Under the pieces are notes generated by a model that was given only the letters and a program-made list of their open reading frames with translations, was not told where the DNA came from and made no database searches. Shown one piece after another: positions 48,758 to 58,287 of a stretch of 64,000 nt of DNA; the stretch's first letter is position 1, and every line of letters begins with the position of its first letter. This DNA is from Bacteroidota bacterium (GTDB lineage: Bacteria > Bacteroidota > Ignavibacteria > UBA10030 > UBA6906). A program made the position numbers and the translations under genes. The DNA lies in contig JBFLYO010000002.1 of the NCBI GenBank assembly GCA_040756745.1, positions 25,985-89,984 of the forward strand, in the 5' to 3' direction.

Positions 48758-51078
48758 GCCGGCTCCCGGCGGGACCTCAGCGTTGCCGCGTAGATCTGAC
48801 CGAGCGCAATCCCCCCGTCGTTCGGCGGTACCCGCTGATGCCAGTACGGGAGAAAGCCCTCTTCTCGCAGCCGCTGGACGGTCCGTTCGGTCAGGTACGC
48901 GTTCTGGAAGCAGCCTCCGCTGAGGACGACGCGTCCGTCCCCGTTGCGCCGCGCGACATCAATGATGAGCTCGACGAGTGCGTTGTGAAACCGTGCGGAG
49001 ATCCGGCGGATCGGCGTGCCGGCCCGAAGATCCCGGAGGATGTCTGCAATAACGCCTGACCAGTCGGCGATCCATTGCGGGGCGTGAGGGTCCCTTTCCC
49101 CACCCACGGCAGTGAAAAGCTCGCACCGGTATGAGTCTGCCACGTTTTCTCCGGCGAGTGCGAACTCAAGATCCATCGCGGCCTGCCCCTCGAAGTTGCT
49201 TATCTGCCGGAGTCCGACGAGCGACGCGACGGCGTCGAAGAGTCTCCCTGCGCTCGACGTCAGCGGGGCATTGACTCCTCGCTCCAACATTGTAATCAGC
49301 GTGAAAGTCTCGCGTTGAGTGAATGCGCGGACCGGCGCAAGGTCGGCGCGTGCCAATGCGCTTGTCCCGTATAGTTCATACAGGAGGCCCAGTGCGGAGC
49401 GTCGCGGCTCACGCGCGGCCCGGTCTCCTCCGGGTAGCCGGAAGCGGCGAAACGTGGCGACCCGCGAAAACTCTTCTCCGTTCGTCCGCAGAAACTCTCC
49501 TCCCCAGACCGTCCCATCCGTCCCGTACCCGGTTCCGTCCCACGAGACGCCGAGGACCGCCCCGTTGATGCTGTTCTCAGCCATGCAGGAAGCAATGTGG
49601 GCTGCATGATGTTGTACGGGGAGGACGGGGAGTGCGATGGAGTGCGCAAGGCGGGTCGAATGATAGTCGGGATGCATATCCGCCGCCACCGCGGCGGGTC
49701 GAATTGCAAACATCGACTGGAGGTCGCGCACCGCCGCGCCGAAGGCATCAAGCGACTGCGGCGTATCCAGGTCGCCGAGATGCTGGCTGATGAATGCGTC
49801 CCGGCCCCTGGCAACGGCAACCACACTTTTGAGATGTGCGCCGACCGCAAGCAGTTCGGGCGTGTCGTATTCCGTGCGGATGGGGAGAGGGGAGTATCCC
49901 CTGGCGCGGCGGAGAACAAGTTCGCGCCCCAGCAGAACACGCGCGATCGAGTCGTCCGCATGCCGCACAATTGGTCTGTTGTGAACGAGAAACGCGTCGG
50001 CGATCCCCCGCAACCGGTCAAGTGCCTGTAGTTCGTCGATGCAGATCGGCTCATCGGACAGGTTACCGCTCGTTGCGACGATCGGTGTGCCAATCTCATG
50101 CATCAGCAGATGATGCAGCGGAGTATAGGGGAGCATGATCCCCAGATTCGGGTTGCGGGGGGCAACCGGAGAATTCAAGCTGCAGATTCCCCCAAGCGCA
50201 CCATCCATCTCCGGCCGTTTACGAAGGAGGACGATTGGAGACTCCGGCGATTGCAGAAGCCGCTTTTCGAGCGGAGAGACCTCGCACAGCGCTGCAGCAA
50301 CCCCTGCATCCGGGACCATCAGCGCAAACGGCTTCTCTTCGCGGCGCTTCCGTCGCCGCAGCAATGCAACCGCGTCGGCGTTTCCCGCATCGACGAGGAG
50401 CTGAAATCCTCCAAGTCCTTTCAGTGCGATGATTCCGCCGTTTCGAAGAATTCGGACAGCTTCTAGCAATGCCTCGTCGCGTCCGGCCCTCACCGCCCCC
50501 TGAGCGTCCCAGAGCGCGAGTTGAGGCCCGCACTGCGGGCAGGCAATCGGCTGTGCATGAAAACGGCGGTCGGCGGGGTTATCGTATTCCTTCCGACACT
50601 TGTCGCACATGGAGAAGATCTTCATCGAGATGTTCGGCCGGTCGTAGGGGAGCGACTCGATGATCGTGAAGCGGGGACCACAGTTTGTGCAGTTCGTGAA
50701 GGGATACCGGTGTCGCCGGTTTCGGGGGTCGAAGACTTCGGCGACGCATTCCGGGCACGACGCGATGTCGGGGAGGACCAGGGCACGGATTTCACCCTCA
50801 GAGGAACTCTCGCGGATATCGAATGTCGAAAAACCGACGGGGTCGAGGAAGGAAGATTCAAGACTCTGGATCGATGCCAGCGGAGGCTTCTCAGCGCCGA
50901 CGCGAAGGATGAACCGGTCGATCGCTTCCTGCTCACCCTCCGTCTCAACGAACACGCCCTGCGGCGTGTTCATCACCCACCCCGTCAGACCGAGGTCCTG
51001 GGCGAGCCGGTAAATGAACGGACGAAACCCAACTCCCTGTACCACTCCGCGGATTGCGATATGGGCGCGAGAGGTCAT
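48754..51078 (-). CDS. hypF: Carbamoyltransferase HypF
   Basis: GVVQGVGFRPF acylphosphatase domain, CxxC zinc fingers, QHHAAH, WDGTGYG, PPNDGGIALGQ. Confidence 0.97.
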   Translation of the reverse strand: MTSRAHIAIRGVVQGVGFRPFIYRLAQDLGLTGWVMNTPQGVFVETEGEQEAIDRFILRVGAEKPPLASIQSLESSFLDPVGFSTFDIRESSSEGEIRALVLPDIASCPECVAEVFDPRNRRHRYPFTNCTNCGPRFTIIESLPYDRPNISMKIFSMCDKCRKEYDNPADRRFHAQPIACPQCGPQLALWDAQGAVRAGRDEALLEAVRILRNGGIIALKGLGGFQLLVDAGNADAVALLRRRKRREEKPFALMVPDAGVAAALCEVSPLEKRLLQSPESPIVLLRKRPEMDGALGGICSLNSPVAPRNPNLGIMLPYTPLHHLLMHEIGTPIVATSGNLSDEPICIDELQALDRLRGIADAFLVHNRPIVRHADDSIARVLLGRELVLRRARGYSPLPIRTEYDTPELLAVGAHLKSVVAVARGRDAFISQHLGDLDTPQSLDAFGAAVRDLQSMFAIRPAAVAADMHPDYHSTRLAHSIALPVLPVQHHAAHIASCMAENSINGAVLGVSWDGTGYGTDGTVWGGEFLRTNGEEFSRVATFRRFRLPGGDRAAREPRRSALGLLYELYGTSALARADLAPVRAFTQRETFTLITMLERGVNAPLTSSAGRLFDAVASLVGLRQISNFEGQAAMDLEFALAGENVADSYRCELFTAVGGERDPHAPQWIADWSGVIADILRDLRAGTPIRRISARFHNALVELIIDVARRNGDGRVVLSGGCFQNAYLTERTVQRLREEGFLPYWHQRVPPNDGGIALGQIYAATLRSRREPA

Positions 51079-51093
51079 CGCCCCAGTCGGCGC

Positions 51094-51108
51094 GCAAGTG
51101 TCGTGCCA
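51094..51108 (-). promoter_or_regulatory. Candidate sigma54 promoter upstream of hypF
   Basis: TGGCACG-ACAC-TTGC on - strand. Confidence 0.45.
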
Positions 51109-51192
51109 TGGAGAAGTAAGGAAAAAGGGGCGGAGGGGAGCGAAAAGGATAGAATATTTGCAGAATTAGGAAGGGGGACGGAGGGGATTCTT

Positions 51193-51276
51193 GAGATCGA
51201 GAGTGAGGTTAAGGTGGAGGTTAAGGTTAAGGAAAAGGTTGAGGATGAGATTTAGATTGAGATTTAGACTGAGATT
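51193..51276 (+). repeat. Degenerate hexamer tandem array (mostly RAGRTT, 14 units)
   Basis: GAGATC GAGAGT GAGGTT AAGGTG GAGGTT AAGGTT AAGGAA AAGGTT GAGGAT GAGATT TAGATT GAGATT TAGACT GAGATT. Confidence 0.8.
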
Positions 51277-51290
51277 AAGGGGGAGGCAGA

Positions 51291-51953
51291 TCAAGGTCTG
51301 TGGACAGCGTTTGCCTGATCTGTAAGCCAGTCACACCAGGAAGCGATGCCCGCACCGGTGGTGCAGGAGGTTTCGAATACCTTCAGCGAAGGGTTGATCT
51401 TCAGGGCGTTCTCCTTCAGTCGGCCGAGGTCGCAGGGGATGTACGGGAGGAGGTCGATCTTGTTGATGACCAGGACCGTGGCATTGCGGAACATTCCAGG
51501 GTACTTCAACGGCTTATCGTCACCTTCGGTCGTCGCAGCCACCACGACCTTCATCGCCTCCCCGAGGTCGTAGTTGGAGGGACAGACGAGGTTGCCGACG
51601 TTTTCAATGACGAGCAGCCGGATCTTCGACAGATCGATCCGCGTGAGCGCATCGCGGACAAGATTCGCCTCGAGATGGCATCCCCCAGCGGTGACGATCT
51701 GCACGGCGGGGACGTTGTACTTTGCCACCCGCTGGGCGTCGAGATCGGTCTGGACGTCTCCCTCAATCACTGCCGCCGACACCGATATGCCGATGCGTCC
51801 CAGGGTTTGCTCCAGGATGCTCGTCTTGCCGGCGCCCGGGGAGCTTACCATGTTGATGACGAACACGCCGTGGCGGGCAAACAACGAGCGGTTCTCCGCC
51901 GCGATCTGGTCGTTCTTCTCAAGGACTTTTCGCTCAATGGTAATGACGCTCAT
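51291..51953 (-). CDS. hypB: Hydrogenase nickel-insertion GTPase HypB
   Basis: SSPGAGKT, GGCHL, ENVGNLVCP, EGDDKPLKYP, NKIDL; start ATG 51953; no His-rich N-terminus. Confidence 0.96.
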   Translation of the reverse strand: MSVITIERKVLEKNDQIAAENRSLFARHGVFVINMVSSPGAGKTSILEQTLGRIGISVSAAVIEGDVQTDLDAQRVAKYNVPAVQIVTAGGCHLEANLVRDALTRIDLSKIRLLVIENVGNLVCPSNYDLGEAMKVVVAATTEGDDKPLKYPGMFRNATVLVINKIDLLPYIPCDLGRLKENALKINPSLKVFETSCTTGAGIASWCDWLTDQANAVHRP

Positions 51954-52309
51954 GGCGATGCTCCGTTCTCGTGCAACTCGATCTCCTTCACCAGCAGTTC
52001 CCGTCCCCCCGTGACCATCAGCTCCCGACCGCCGCACGCGGGGCAAATAAACGCCTCCGGCGTGATGGCCGAGTCCCGCCCGCATGCCCGGCACCGGACG
52101 GTCAGCGGCACATGAACGATCTCAAGTGCGGCCCCCTGCGCGGGGGTCCCTTCGCTAATGGCCGAGAAACAGAACGTGAGCGAATCTGTGACGACACCCG
52201 CCATCTCGCCGATCGTGAGCCGGATGGTCTTCACCCGTGCATCAGCGCCTTTCGGGAGATGACGGCACACGATGTCGAGGATGCTCTGCGCGATGGACAG
52301 TTCGTGCAC
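51950..52309 (-). CDS. hypA: Nickel metallochaperone HypA
   Basis: (M)HELSIA, CRAC..CPAC, GGRELLV; GTG start 52309. Confidence 0.95.
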   Translation of the reverse strand: MHELSIAQSILDIVCRHLPKGADARVKTIRLTIGEMAGVVTDSLTFCFSAISEGTPAQGAALEIVHVPLTVRCRACGRDSAITPEAFICPACGGRELMVTGGRELLVKEIELHENGASP

Positions 52310-52343
52310 GGCGTTCAGCGGACTGAAGGAATCAGTTGGAGTA

Positions 52344-52372
52344 AAGGTAGCACCCCCGGAGGCGAGGTGCAA
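52344..52372 (-). promoter_or_regulatory. sigma70 promoter of hypAB
   Basis: TTGCAC-17-TACCTT with TG extension. Confidence 0.55.
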
Positions 52373-52492
52373 GTGAGCGATTTGCCTCAGTAAAAATCTA
52401 TTCGAAATGGGGTCGTTGCCTCATGGAAGGTTTTATTCCAAATTGCTGTTGGAAACGAGATCTTCTGTGGTCCACCCAGGAGGTCTCCAGCC

Positions 52493-52620
52493 ATGGGGCT
52501 TACCACGCACGAACGTCATGCTTTAGTCCGCGAACTCAGCTCACGCTTCCAACGCTCAGGCAAGTAGGGACGGACCGAGATCCTGAACAACTTTGTCCAG
52601 CTCACCGGGTACACGCGGAG
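52493..52620 (+). pseudogene. Transposase/integrase (ISNCY-like) 5' remnant
   Basis: AGGAGG SD; MGLTTHERHALVRELSSRFQRSGK*GRTEILNNFVQLTGYTR resembles the N-terminus of ISNCY-type rve transposases; in-frame TAG at 52565. Confidence 0.6.
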
Positions 52621-52769
52621 TTCAGAAAGCCGGACGTTCCGACGATTCCCGATGCGTTCGCGGAGGAATTCGAGCCGCGGGCGGATCGAGCCCGTGAACT
52701 CGCGCGCACGATGGGGATAACCCGAGCGATGATCAGACGTGCGTTGCATTCGGTCTCCTCCGCGCACTG

Positions 52770-52798
52770 TTGAATCTCCATGGCTCAATCGGTATATT
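52770..52798 (+). promoter_or_regulatory. sigma70 promoter of glnD-murI-def
   Basis: TTGAAT-17-TATATT. Confidence 0.6.
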
Positions 52799-52838
52799 CG
52801 ATGGAACTGTTCTCCCCATCTCTTCTGTCCCGGCATCC

Positions 52839-55490
52839 ATGCAGACAGAGCCCCCGTCGCTCAGAGCCTCCATCGACGCAGAGCGAGGACGCATTGCATC
52901 CGAGCACCGCAATGGTGCAGGGGGGTTCTCGACCTGCAGCGGCCTGACCTCGCTTATGGACGGGGCGATCCGGTCCACGTTTGTGACTCTCCCCGCCGAT
53001 TCCACAAGAGACATTGCAGTATTTGCCCTGGGCGGCTACGGGCGCGCTGAGCTCTGCCCGCATTCCGATATCGATGTGATGGTCCTGTGCGATTCCGGGG
53101 ATCGTCGCCAGGCGGCAGGTGCGCCGGCCACAGGGTTCCTGCATCTTCTCTGGGACGCCGGCCTCGATATCGGCCACAGTGTCAGGACGATGGACGAAGC
53201 GTTCGCGCTGCACGGCGAAACCTTTGACGCGTGGACATCGATGCTTGAAGGGCGGCTGGTCTGCGGCAATGAAGAACTTGCCGCACGGTTCACGGCGGGA
53301 CTGCGCGAGCGCATCGCCACGCTGCCGAAGACCTGGTTCCTGGAAGGCGTGTTTGAAGAGGTCCGCACGCGTCACGAACGGTACGGAAGCTCGGTCAAGC
53401 TGCTCGAACCGAACGTCAAGAAGAGCGCCGGCGGGCTCCGTGACCTGCATGCCGCGTTCTGGCTGTTCCGGGGAACCGACCCCCGGTATTTCACCCCCGT
53501 CGAACCCGGCCAATCGGCCACCCGCGCCTTCCTGGGTCAGCTGCTGACCAACGGCATCCTGGATGCCGACGGCCATGCGTCGGCGGAACGGGCGCTGGAG
53601 TTCCTCCTGCGAACGCGGCAGGAGATGCACTTCCGTCGAGAGTCGCTGCATGATACACTCGAGTACGGCCTTCAGGTCCAGGTGGCCGAGGGGCTCGGGT
53701 TCGGCGCTGCCACGGGATTGCGTCCCGTCGAAGTGTTCATGCGGGAGTACTACACGCATGCGCGCACCATCAGCCGGATTCTTCAGGGGGTGGGTCAGCA
53801 GTTCCGTGAAGCAGTGGAGCGGCCCCGGACGTCCGCACATCGCGGGGAGCGTGTCGGCTCCGTCTTCCTCCTCCATCCGGACGCGCTCTCGGTGGATCCG
53901 GACATCCGCGTGCTGGAGGATCCGCGACAGATCTTCGAGGCCTTCGCACTGGCGGCCGAGAACGACGTTGAGCCGGACCTGCGCCTGCGCGGCGTTCTCG
54001 AGCGAAGTGCCGGTGCCGTGCACCCCACCGATGCGTCATCGCCGGAGCTCGCAGCTTTGTTCCGTCGCATTCTCGGTTCGCGACGTGTGGCCAGCACGCT
54101 GCACGAGATGAACGACGCAGAGATTCTCCCCCGCTACATCCCGGAGTTCGGAGAACTCGTGGCCTTCTTCCAGCACAACGTCTACCATTACTTCACCGCG
54201 GATGAACATACCTTGATCGCGATCGCCAGTGCCGAACGGCTCCGCGAATCGCAGGGGATCCTCCGCGAAGTGTTCCGCAACCTGCGCAGGAAGGATATCC
54301 TGTATGCCGCGCTCCTTCTCCACGACATCGCCAAGCCGCAGGGCGTCGCCGACCACGAGGTCACCGGTGTCGACATGGCCCGCGTCATCCTCCACCGGCT
54401 TGGGATGGACGATGCATTCCCGGACGTAGGGTTCCTGGTCCGCAATCACCTCGTCATGGAGCAAACTGCATTCAGGCGGAACGTACACGATCCGGACACG
54501 CTCAAGGAATTTGCAGCACGGTTTGAGCGGCCGGAACTGCTCGATTACCTCTACGTTCTCACATATGCCGACCTCTCCGCGCTCAACACCAATGTCTGGA
54601 CCGAGTGGAAATCCGCGATGCTACAGGAGCTGTACCAGCGTACCTCCGAAGTGCTCCACCGGAAGCTGAGCGGCGCCCAGATCGATGCATACCATCAGGA
54701 GAAGCGGGAGGAAGCGGCGGAGAGCGTGGCCGAGGCCCTCAGCGCGCGCATCCCCCGCGAACATGTGGAGCGCCATCTGCAGGGAATGGACAGCGCGTCC
54801 TACCTGGCCCTGTTCAGCGAAGACGAGATCGCGCAGCACATCGCATCGGGAGCGACGCCCGACCCGGTGTCCGCCCTGTTTGCCCACGCCGAAGGGTACA
54901 CGGACGTCACGATTATCGCCCGTGATGCGCCGTTTGCCCTCTCCAAATTCTGTGCCGTCTTGTCGGCGAATGACGCCAACATCGTCGATGCGAACATCTT
55001 CACGCGCGATGACGGCCTGATCATCGACCGGTTCCGCGTCACGGACGCTGCGACCGCACGGCACCTGGAGGAGCGGACCTGCGACAAGATCAGCGCAGAC
55101 CTGCGCCAGGTGGTGGCCGGCCTGTTGGACCTCGAGCATCTCTTTGCCGAACACCACAAGAAATGGAAGCGGAGACCGAGGCGCCCGGCGAACCCCGCGA
55201 CCGTGACCGACGTCCGGTTCGAAGACAACCCGCGCTTCACGATCATCGACGTCTACGCGCCGGACTCCGTGGGCTTCCTCTACCGCGTCACCGAAACGAT
55301 TTCAGCGCTCGGCTTGGACATCTACTTCGCGAAGATCGCAACCCGCATGGACGGCATCGTGGATGCGTTTTACACGCTGGGGAGAGATAAACAACCGGTG
55401 ACAGATCCCGGCAGGCGGGAGGCGATCCGCGATGGGATCATGGCCACCCTCCGGAGGCTCGCTGACGAGGGACTCGGGCAGACTTCATGA
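52839..55490 (+). CDS. glnD: [Protein-PII] uridylyltransferase / uridylyl-removing enzyme
   Basis: ALGGYGR..PHSDID, LEPNVK..GGLRD, YHYFTADEH, LLHDIAK, two ACT domains. Confidence 0.93.
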   Translation: MQTEPPSLRASIDAERGRIASEHRNGAGGFSTCSGLTSLMDGAIRSTFVTLPADSTRDIAVFALGGYGRAELCPHSDIDVMVLCDSGDRRQAAGAPATGFLHLLWDAGLDIGHSVRTMDEAFALHGETFDAWTSMLEGRLVCGNEELAARFTAGLRERIATLPKTWFLEGVFEEVRTRHERYGSSVKLLEPNVKKSAGGLRDLHAAFWLFRGTDPRYFTPVEPGQSATRAFLGQLLTNGILDADGHASAERALEFLLRTRQEMHFRRESLHDTLEYGLQVQVAEGLGFGAATGLRPVEVFMREYYTHARTISRILQGVGQQFREAVERPRTSAHRGERVGSVFLLHPDALSVDPDIRVLEDPRQIFEAFALAAENDVEPDLRLRGVLERSAGAVHPTDASSPELAALFRRILGSRRVASTLHEMNDAEILPRYIPEFGELVAFFQHNVYHYFTADEHTLIAIASAERLRESQGILREVFRNLRRKDILYAALLLHDIAKPQGVADHEVTGVDMARVILHRLGMDDAFPDVGFLVRNHLVMEQTAFRRNVHDPDTLKEFAARFERPELLDYLYVLTYADLSALNTNVWTEWKSAMLQELYQRTSEVLHRKLSGAQIDAYHQEKREEAAESVAEALSARIPREHVERHLQGMDSASYLALFSEDEIAQHIASGATPDPVSALFAHAEGYTDVTIIARDAPFALSKFCAVLSANDANIVDANIFTRDDGLIIDRFRVTDAATARHLEERTCDKISADLRQVVAGLLDLEHLFAEHHKKWKRRPRRPANPATVTDVRFEDNPRFTIIDVYAPDSVGFLYRVTETISALGLDIYFAKIATRMDGIVDAFYTLGRDKQPVTDPGRREAIRDGIMATLRRLADEGLGQTS

Positions 55491-56287
55491 GCGCGAAACC
55501 GATCGGCGTGTTCGACAGCGGGATCGGGGGGCTGACCGTCGTCCGCTCGCTCACGCAGCGTCTCCCTCACGAGAACATCGTCTACTTCGGCGACACGGCC
55601 CGCGTCCCGTATGGCCCGAAATCGCCGCAGGTCGTGCGTGAATACGCGGCGCAGGATGTCGATTTCCTGGTGTCCAGAGACGTTAAGATGGTCGTGGTTG
55701 CCTGCAACACGGTCTCCGCCGTGGCGCTCGACGTCGTCCAGAAACGTGCGCGGGTCCCCGTTATCGGCGTCATCGTCCCCGGTGCTGATGAGGCAGTCGC
55801 CGCGACGCGCAAGAAGCGGGTGGGCGTGATCGGCACGATTGCCACGGTGAACAGCGGCTCGTACGCCCATGCCATCCGCCAGCGCGACCCCGACGTGAAA
55901 GTGTTCGCGCAGGCATGTCCGCTGTTCGTTCCGCTCGCGGAAGAGGGATGGATCGAGCACAAGGCGACGTCACTCATCGCACGCGAATACCTCTTCCCCC
56001 TGACGCTGGAAAAGATCGACACCCTGATTCTCGGCTGCACGCATTATCCAGTGCTCCGCGCAGCAATCGCCGCCGCGGTGGGGGAAAGCGTGATGCTGAT
56101 CGATTCAGGTGACGCAGCGTCCCAGGAAGTGGAGCGGCTCCTCGATACGGAATCTCTGCGGAATCCAAGCCGCCAACGCCCGAACCTCCAGTTCTACGTC
56201 AGCGATCTTCCGGCGAAATTCGCCGAGGTGGGGGAGAGATTCCTGGGGCAGAAGATGGGCAGGGTGCATCGCGTCGAAAGGTTTTGA
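55487..56287 (+). CDS. murI: Glutamate racemase
   Basis: FDSGIGGLTV, VACNT, LGCTHYP. Confidence 0.97.
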   Translation: MSAKPIGVFDSGIGGLTVVRSLTQRLPHENIVYFGDTARVPYGPKSPQVVREYAAQDVDFLVSRDVKMVVVACNTVSAVALDVVQKRARVPVIGVIVPGADEAVAATRKKRVGVIGTIATVNSGSYAHAIRQRDPDVKVFAQACPLFVPLAEEGWIEHKATSLIAREYLFPLTLEKIDTLILGCTHYPVLRAAIAAAVGESVMLIDSGDAASQEVERLLDTESLRNPSRQRPNLQFYVSDLPAKFAEVGERFLGQKMGRVHRVERF

Positions 56288-56337
56288 GGGACGACACGGC
56301 CTCCGGTTGCGGGAGGCATCACGAAAGGATGTTCAGT

Positions 56338-56862
56338 ATGAGCATACGTCCGATTCTCCTGCTGGGCAATCCGGTCCTCCGGACGCCCGCCTTGCGGGTG
56401 AAGGAGTTCGGTTCGCCCGGTCTTCAGGCGCTCGCGGATGACCTCCGCGACACGCTGGATGATTTCCTCGTGCGCCACGGTTTCGGTCGCGGGATTGCGG
56501 CACCGCAGATCGGCGAGAGCCGCCGGATGATCTTCATCCGTATCGACACCCCCTGCGCCATGGTGAACCCCGTCATCACACGACACAGCCGGACCATGAT
56601 GACCCTCTGGGACGACTGTTTCAGCTTTCCCGATCTGGCCGTGAAGTTGAAACGGAGTCTCACCATCGAAGTGCGGTATCAGGACCTGGAGGGAAAACGG
56701 CACGCCCTGAAGGCCAGGGGGGCGCTTGCCGAACTGCTCCAGCACGAGATCGATCATCTCGACGGGATCCTCGCCATCGATCGCGCGATTGATGCGAGGC
56801 ACATTGTGTACCGGTCGGAGCTCGAAAAGCTGAAGCATGTGGGCGTGAGGAAGGAGATGTAG
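56338..56862 (+). CDS. def: Peptide deformylase (variant motif II DDCFS)
   Basis: GRGIAAPQIG, WDDCFSFP, QHEIDHLDG. Confidence 0.85.
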   Translation: MSIRPILLLGNPVLRTPALRVKEFGSPGLQALADDLRDTLDDFLVRHGFGRGIAAPQIGESRRMIFIRIDTPCAMVNPVITRHSRTMMTLWDDCFSFPDLAVKLKRSLTIEVRYQDLEGKRHALKARGALAELLQHEIDHLDGILAIDRAIDARHIVYRSELEKLKHVGVRKEM

Positions 56863-56877
56863 AAGTGCAGGCAAAGT

Positions 56878-57042
56878 GAGATCAAGATCAAGGTTAAGGT
56901 TGAGGTTAAGCTTAAGGTCTAGGAACGGCGGTACCCCTTAACCTGCTCCACCCCTTAACCTGCTTCACTCCTTAACCTGCTCCACCCCTTAACCTGCTCC
57001 ACCCCTTAACCTGCATCACCCCTCAATCTCGATCTCAATCTC
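56878..57042. repeat. Composite repeat: hexamer arm, five 17-bp tandem repeats, inverted hexamer arm
   Basis: ACCCCTTAACCTGCTCC x5 at 56933-57017 with no spacers; GAGATC/AAGGTT run at 56878-56919; AATCTC/GATCTC run at 57025-57042. Confidence 0.85.
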
Positions 57043-57058
57043 ATTCTGCTCTTGCGCT

Positions 57059-58189
57059 CTACCCCGGTCTCTTCCCCCAATTCGTCCTCACGCAGTACGA
57101 GAAAATCCTTTCAGCGTAGGTGTTAAATCGCGGGAACTCAATCCCGCTGCCTTCCAGCAGGGCGTCCGTGTTCCGGGAGTCGAACAGCCGGTTGATGCTG
57201 GTGTAGGGGAGCAGTGTGTCGAGCTGGCTGAGGAGCGCCTCCTCCCGTCCGCGGGTGCGTTGTCTGCGCCGCTCGAATTCCTCGCGGGTCACAAACTCCA
57301 TCCGGCGCGGGTGCGCCAGCGGCGTGTGTCGGTCGAAGTACTCTGTAGCGCTCAGCACCACCTCCCCCAAAGGCGCGGCGCGCTGCGGTCCCGCGGTCAC
57401 GTGGAACACCCGGCCGTTCGCCTCCTCCCGCTCAAGGATGTGCACGATGACGTCGTCCACCCAATCGATCGGCACGAGGTCCATGGTCGTATCAGGGGTC
57501 CCGGGGACGAAGTCGAGCAGGCCCCGCTGGACAAGCCGCAACGGAATATAAATGACGTTGAATGAGGTGGTCCGTCCCGTGCGCGAGTCGCCGATGATAA
57601 TGCTCGGACGGAACACCACGGCCGGTATCCGTTCGAAATGATTTCGGACGATTCGCTCCGCCTCGGCCTTGGACTGTTCGTAGGTATTGAAAAACTCCTG
57701 CCCCATTTCCAGCTCGTCTTCGGTCACAATACCCGCACGGCGTCCCGAGACAGACGATGTGCCGATGTAAACGAAGCGCTTCAACCGTCCCCCCTCCTCG
57801 CACTGCTCTGCGATCGCGAGCATTCTCCGCGTCCCGCCGCAGTTGACCTCCCGCGCCTCCTCGATCGGATGATCAAACCGGATGGTCGCTGCACCGTGCA
57901 CGATATACGTTGTCTCCGCCAGGAGGCGATCGAACTCCTTCGGACTGAGGCCGAGCCGATCGTGCATGACATCTCCCCGAACGCCCCGAATCCGTTGCGA
58001 CGCGTCGGTTACGCCGTCCTCGCGTGCAACTTCCCCCGCGATTGCCGCGGTTCTTGCCCTTGCCTCTGCGTCGTTTTCCGCGCGGACCAGCAGGGTGATG
58101 TGCGATGAAGGGAATTTCCGGAGTAATCTCGGAATCAAAAAAAGGCCGACGAGACCTGTTCCGCCGGTAACAAAGAAATCTTCAGCCAT
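57059..58189 (-). CDS. Extended SDR, fatty-acyl/thioester reductase-like
   Basis: VTGGTGLVG, HGAATIRF, NTYEQSKAEAE, RPSIIIGDS, DLVPIDWV. Confidence 0.85.
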   Translation of the reverse strand: MAEDFFVTGGTGLVGLFLIPRLLRKFPSSHITLLVRAENDAEARARTAAIAGEVAREDGVTDASQRIRGVRGDVMHDRLGLSPKEFDRLLAETTYIVHGAATIRFDHPIEEAREVNCGGTRRMLAIAEQCEEGGRLKRFVYIGTSSVSGRRAGIVTEDELEMGQEFFNTYEQSKAEAERIVRNHFERIPAVVFRPSIIIGDSRTGRTTSFNVIYIPLRLVQRGLLDFVPGTPDTTMDLVPIDWVDDVIVHILEREEANGRVFHVTAGPQRAAPLGEVVLSATEYFDRHTPLAHPRRMEFVTREEFERRRQRTRGREEALLSQLDTLLPYTSINRLFDSRNTDALLEGSGIEFPRFNTYAERIFSYCVRTNWGKRPG

Positions 58190-58245
58190 GAGCAGTGGGT
58201 GTTCGTGTCACGTGGAAAATACGCGGTTTACGCCAGCCATGCAAA

Positions 58246-58274
58246 TTGAATTCGCGCGGCGGGTTTTGTATATT
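58246..58274 (+). promoter_or_regulatory. sigma70 promoter of the radical SAM operon
   Basis: TTGAAT-17-TATATT. Confidence 0.6.
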
Positions 58275-58287
58275 GGACGTGACGCCG

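Noticed and set aside
52565-52567. In-frame TAG as pyrrolysine or recoding
   Set aside because: TAG is a normal stop in many genes here and the frame degenerates soon after
52423-52836. ORF-track calls 52423-52773 (+) and 52516-52836 (-) as real genes
   Set aside because: No recognisable domain; they overlap the transposase remnant and the glnD promoter
56933-57017. Possible CRISPR array
   Set aside because: The 17-bp units are contiguous with no unique spacers, and no cas genes are present
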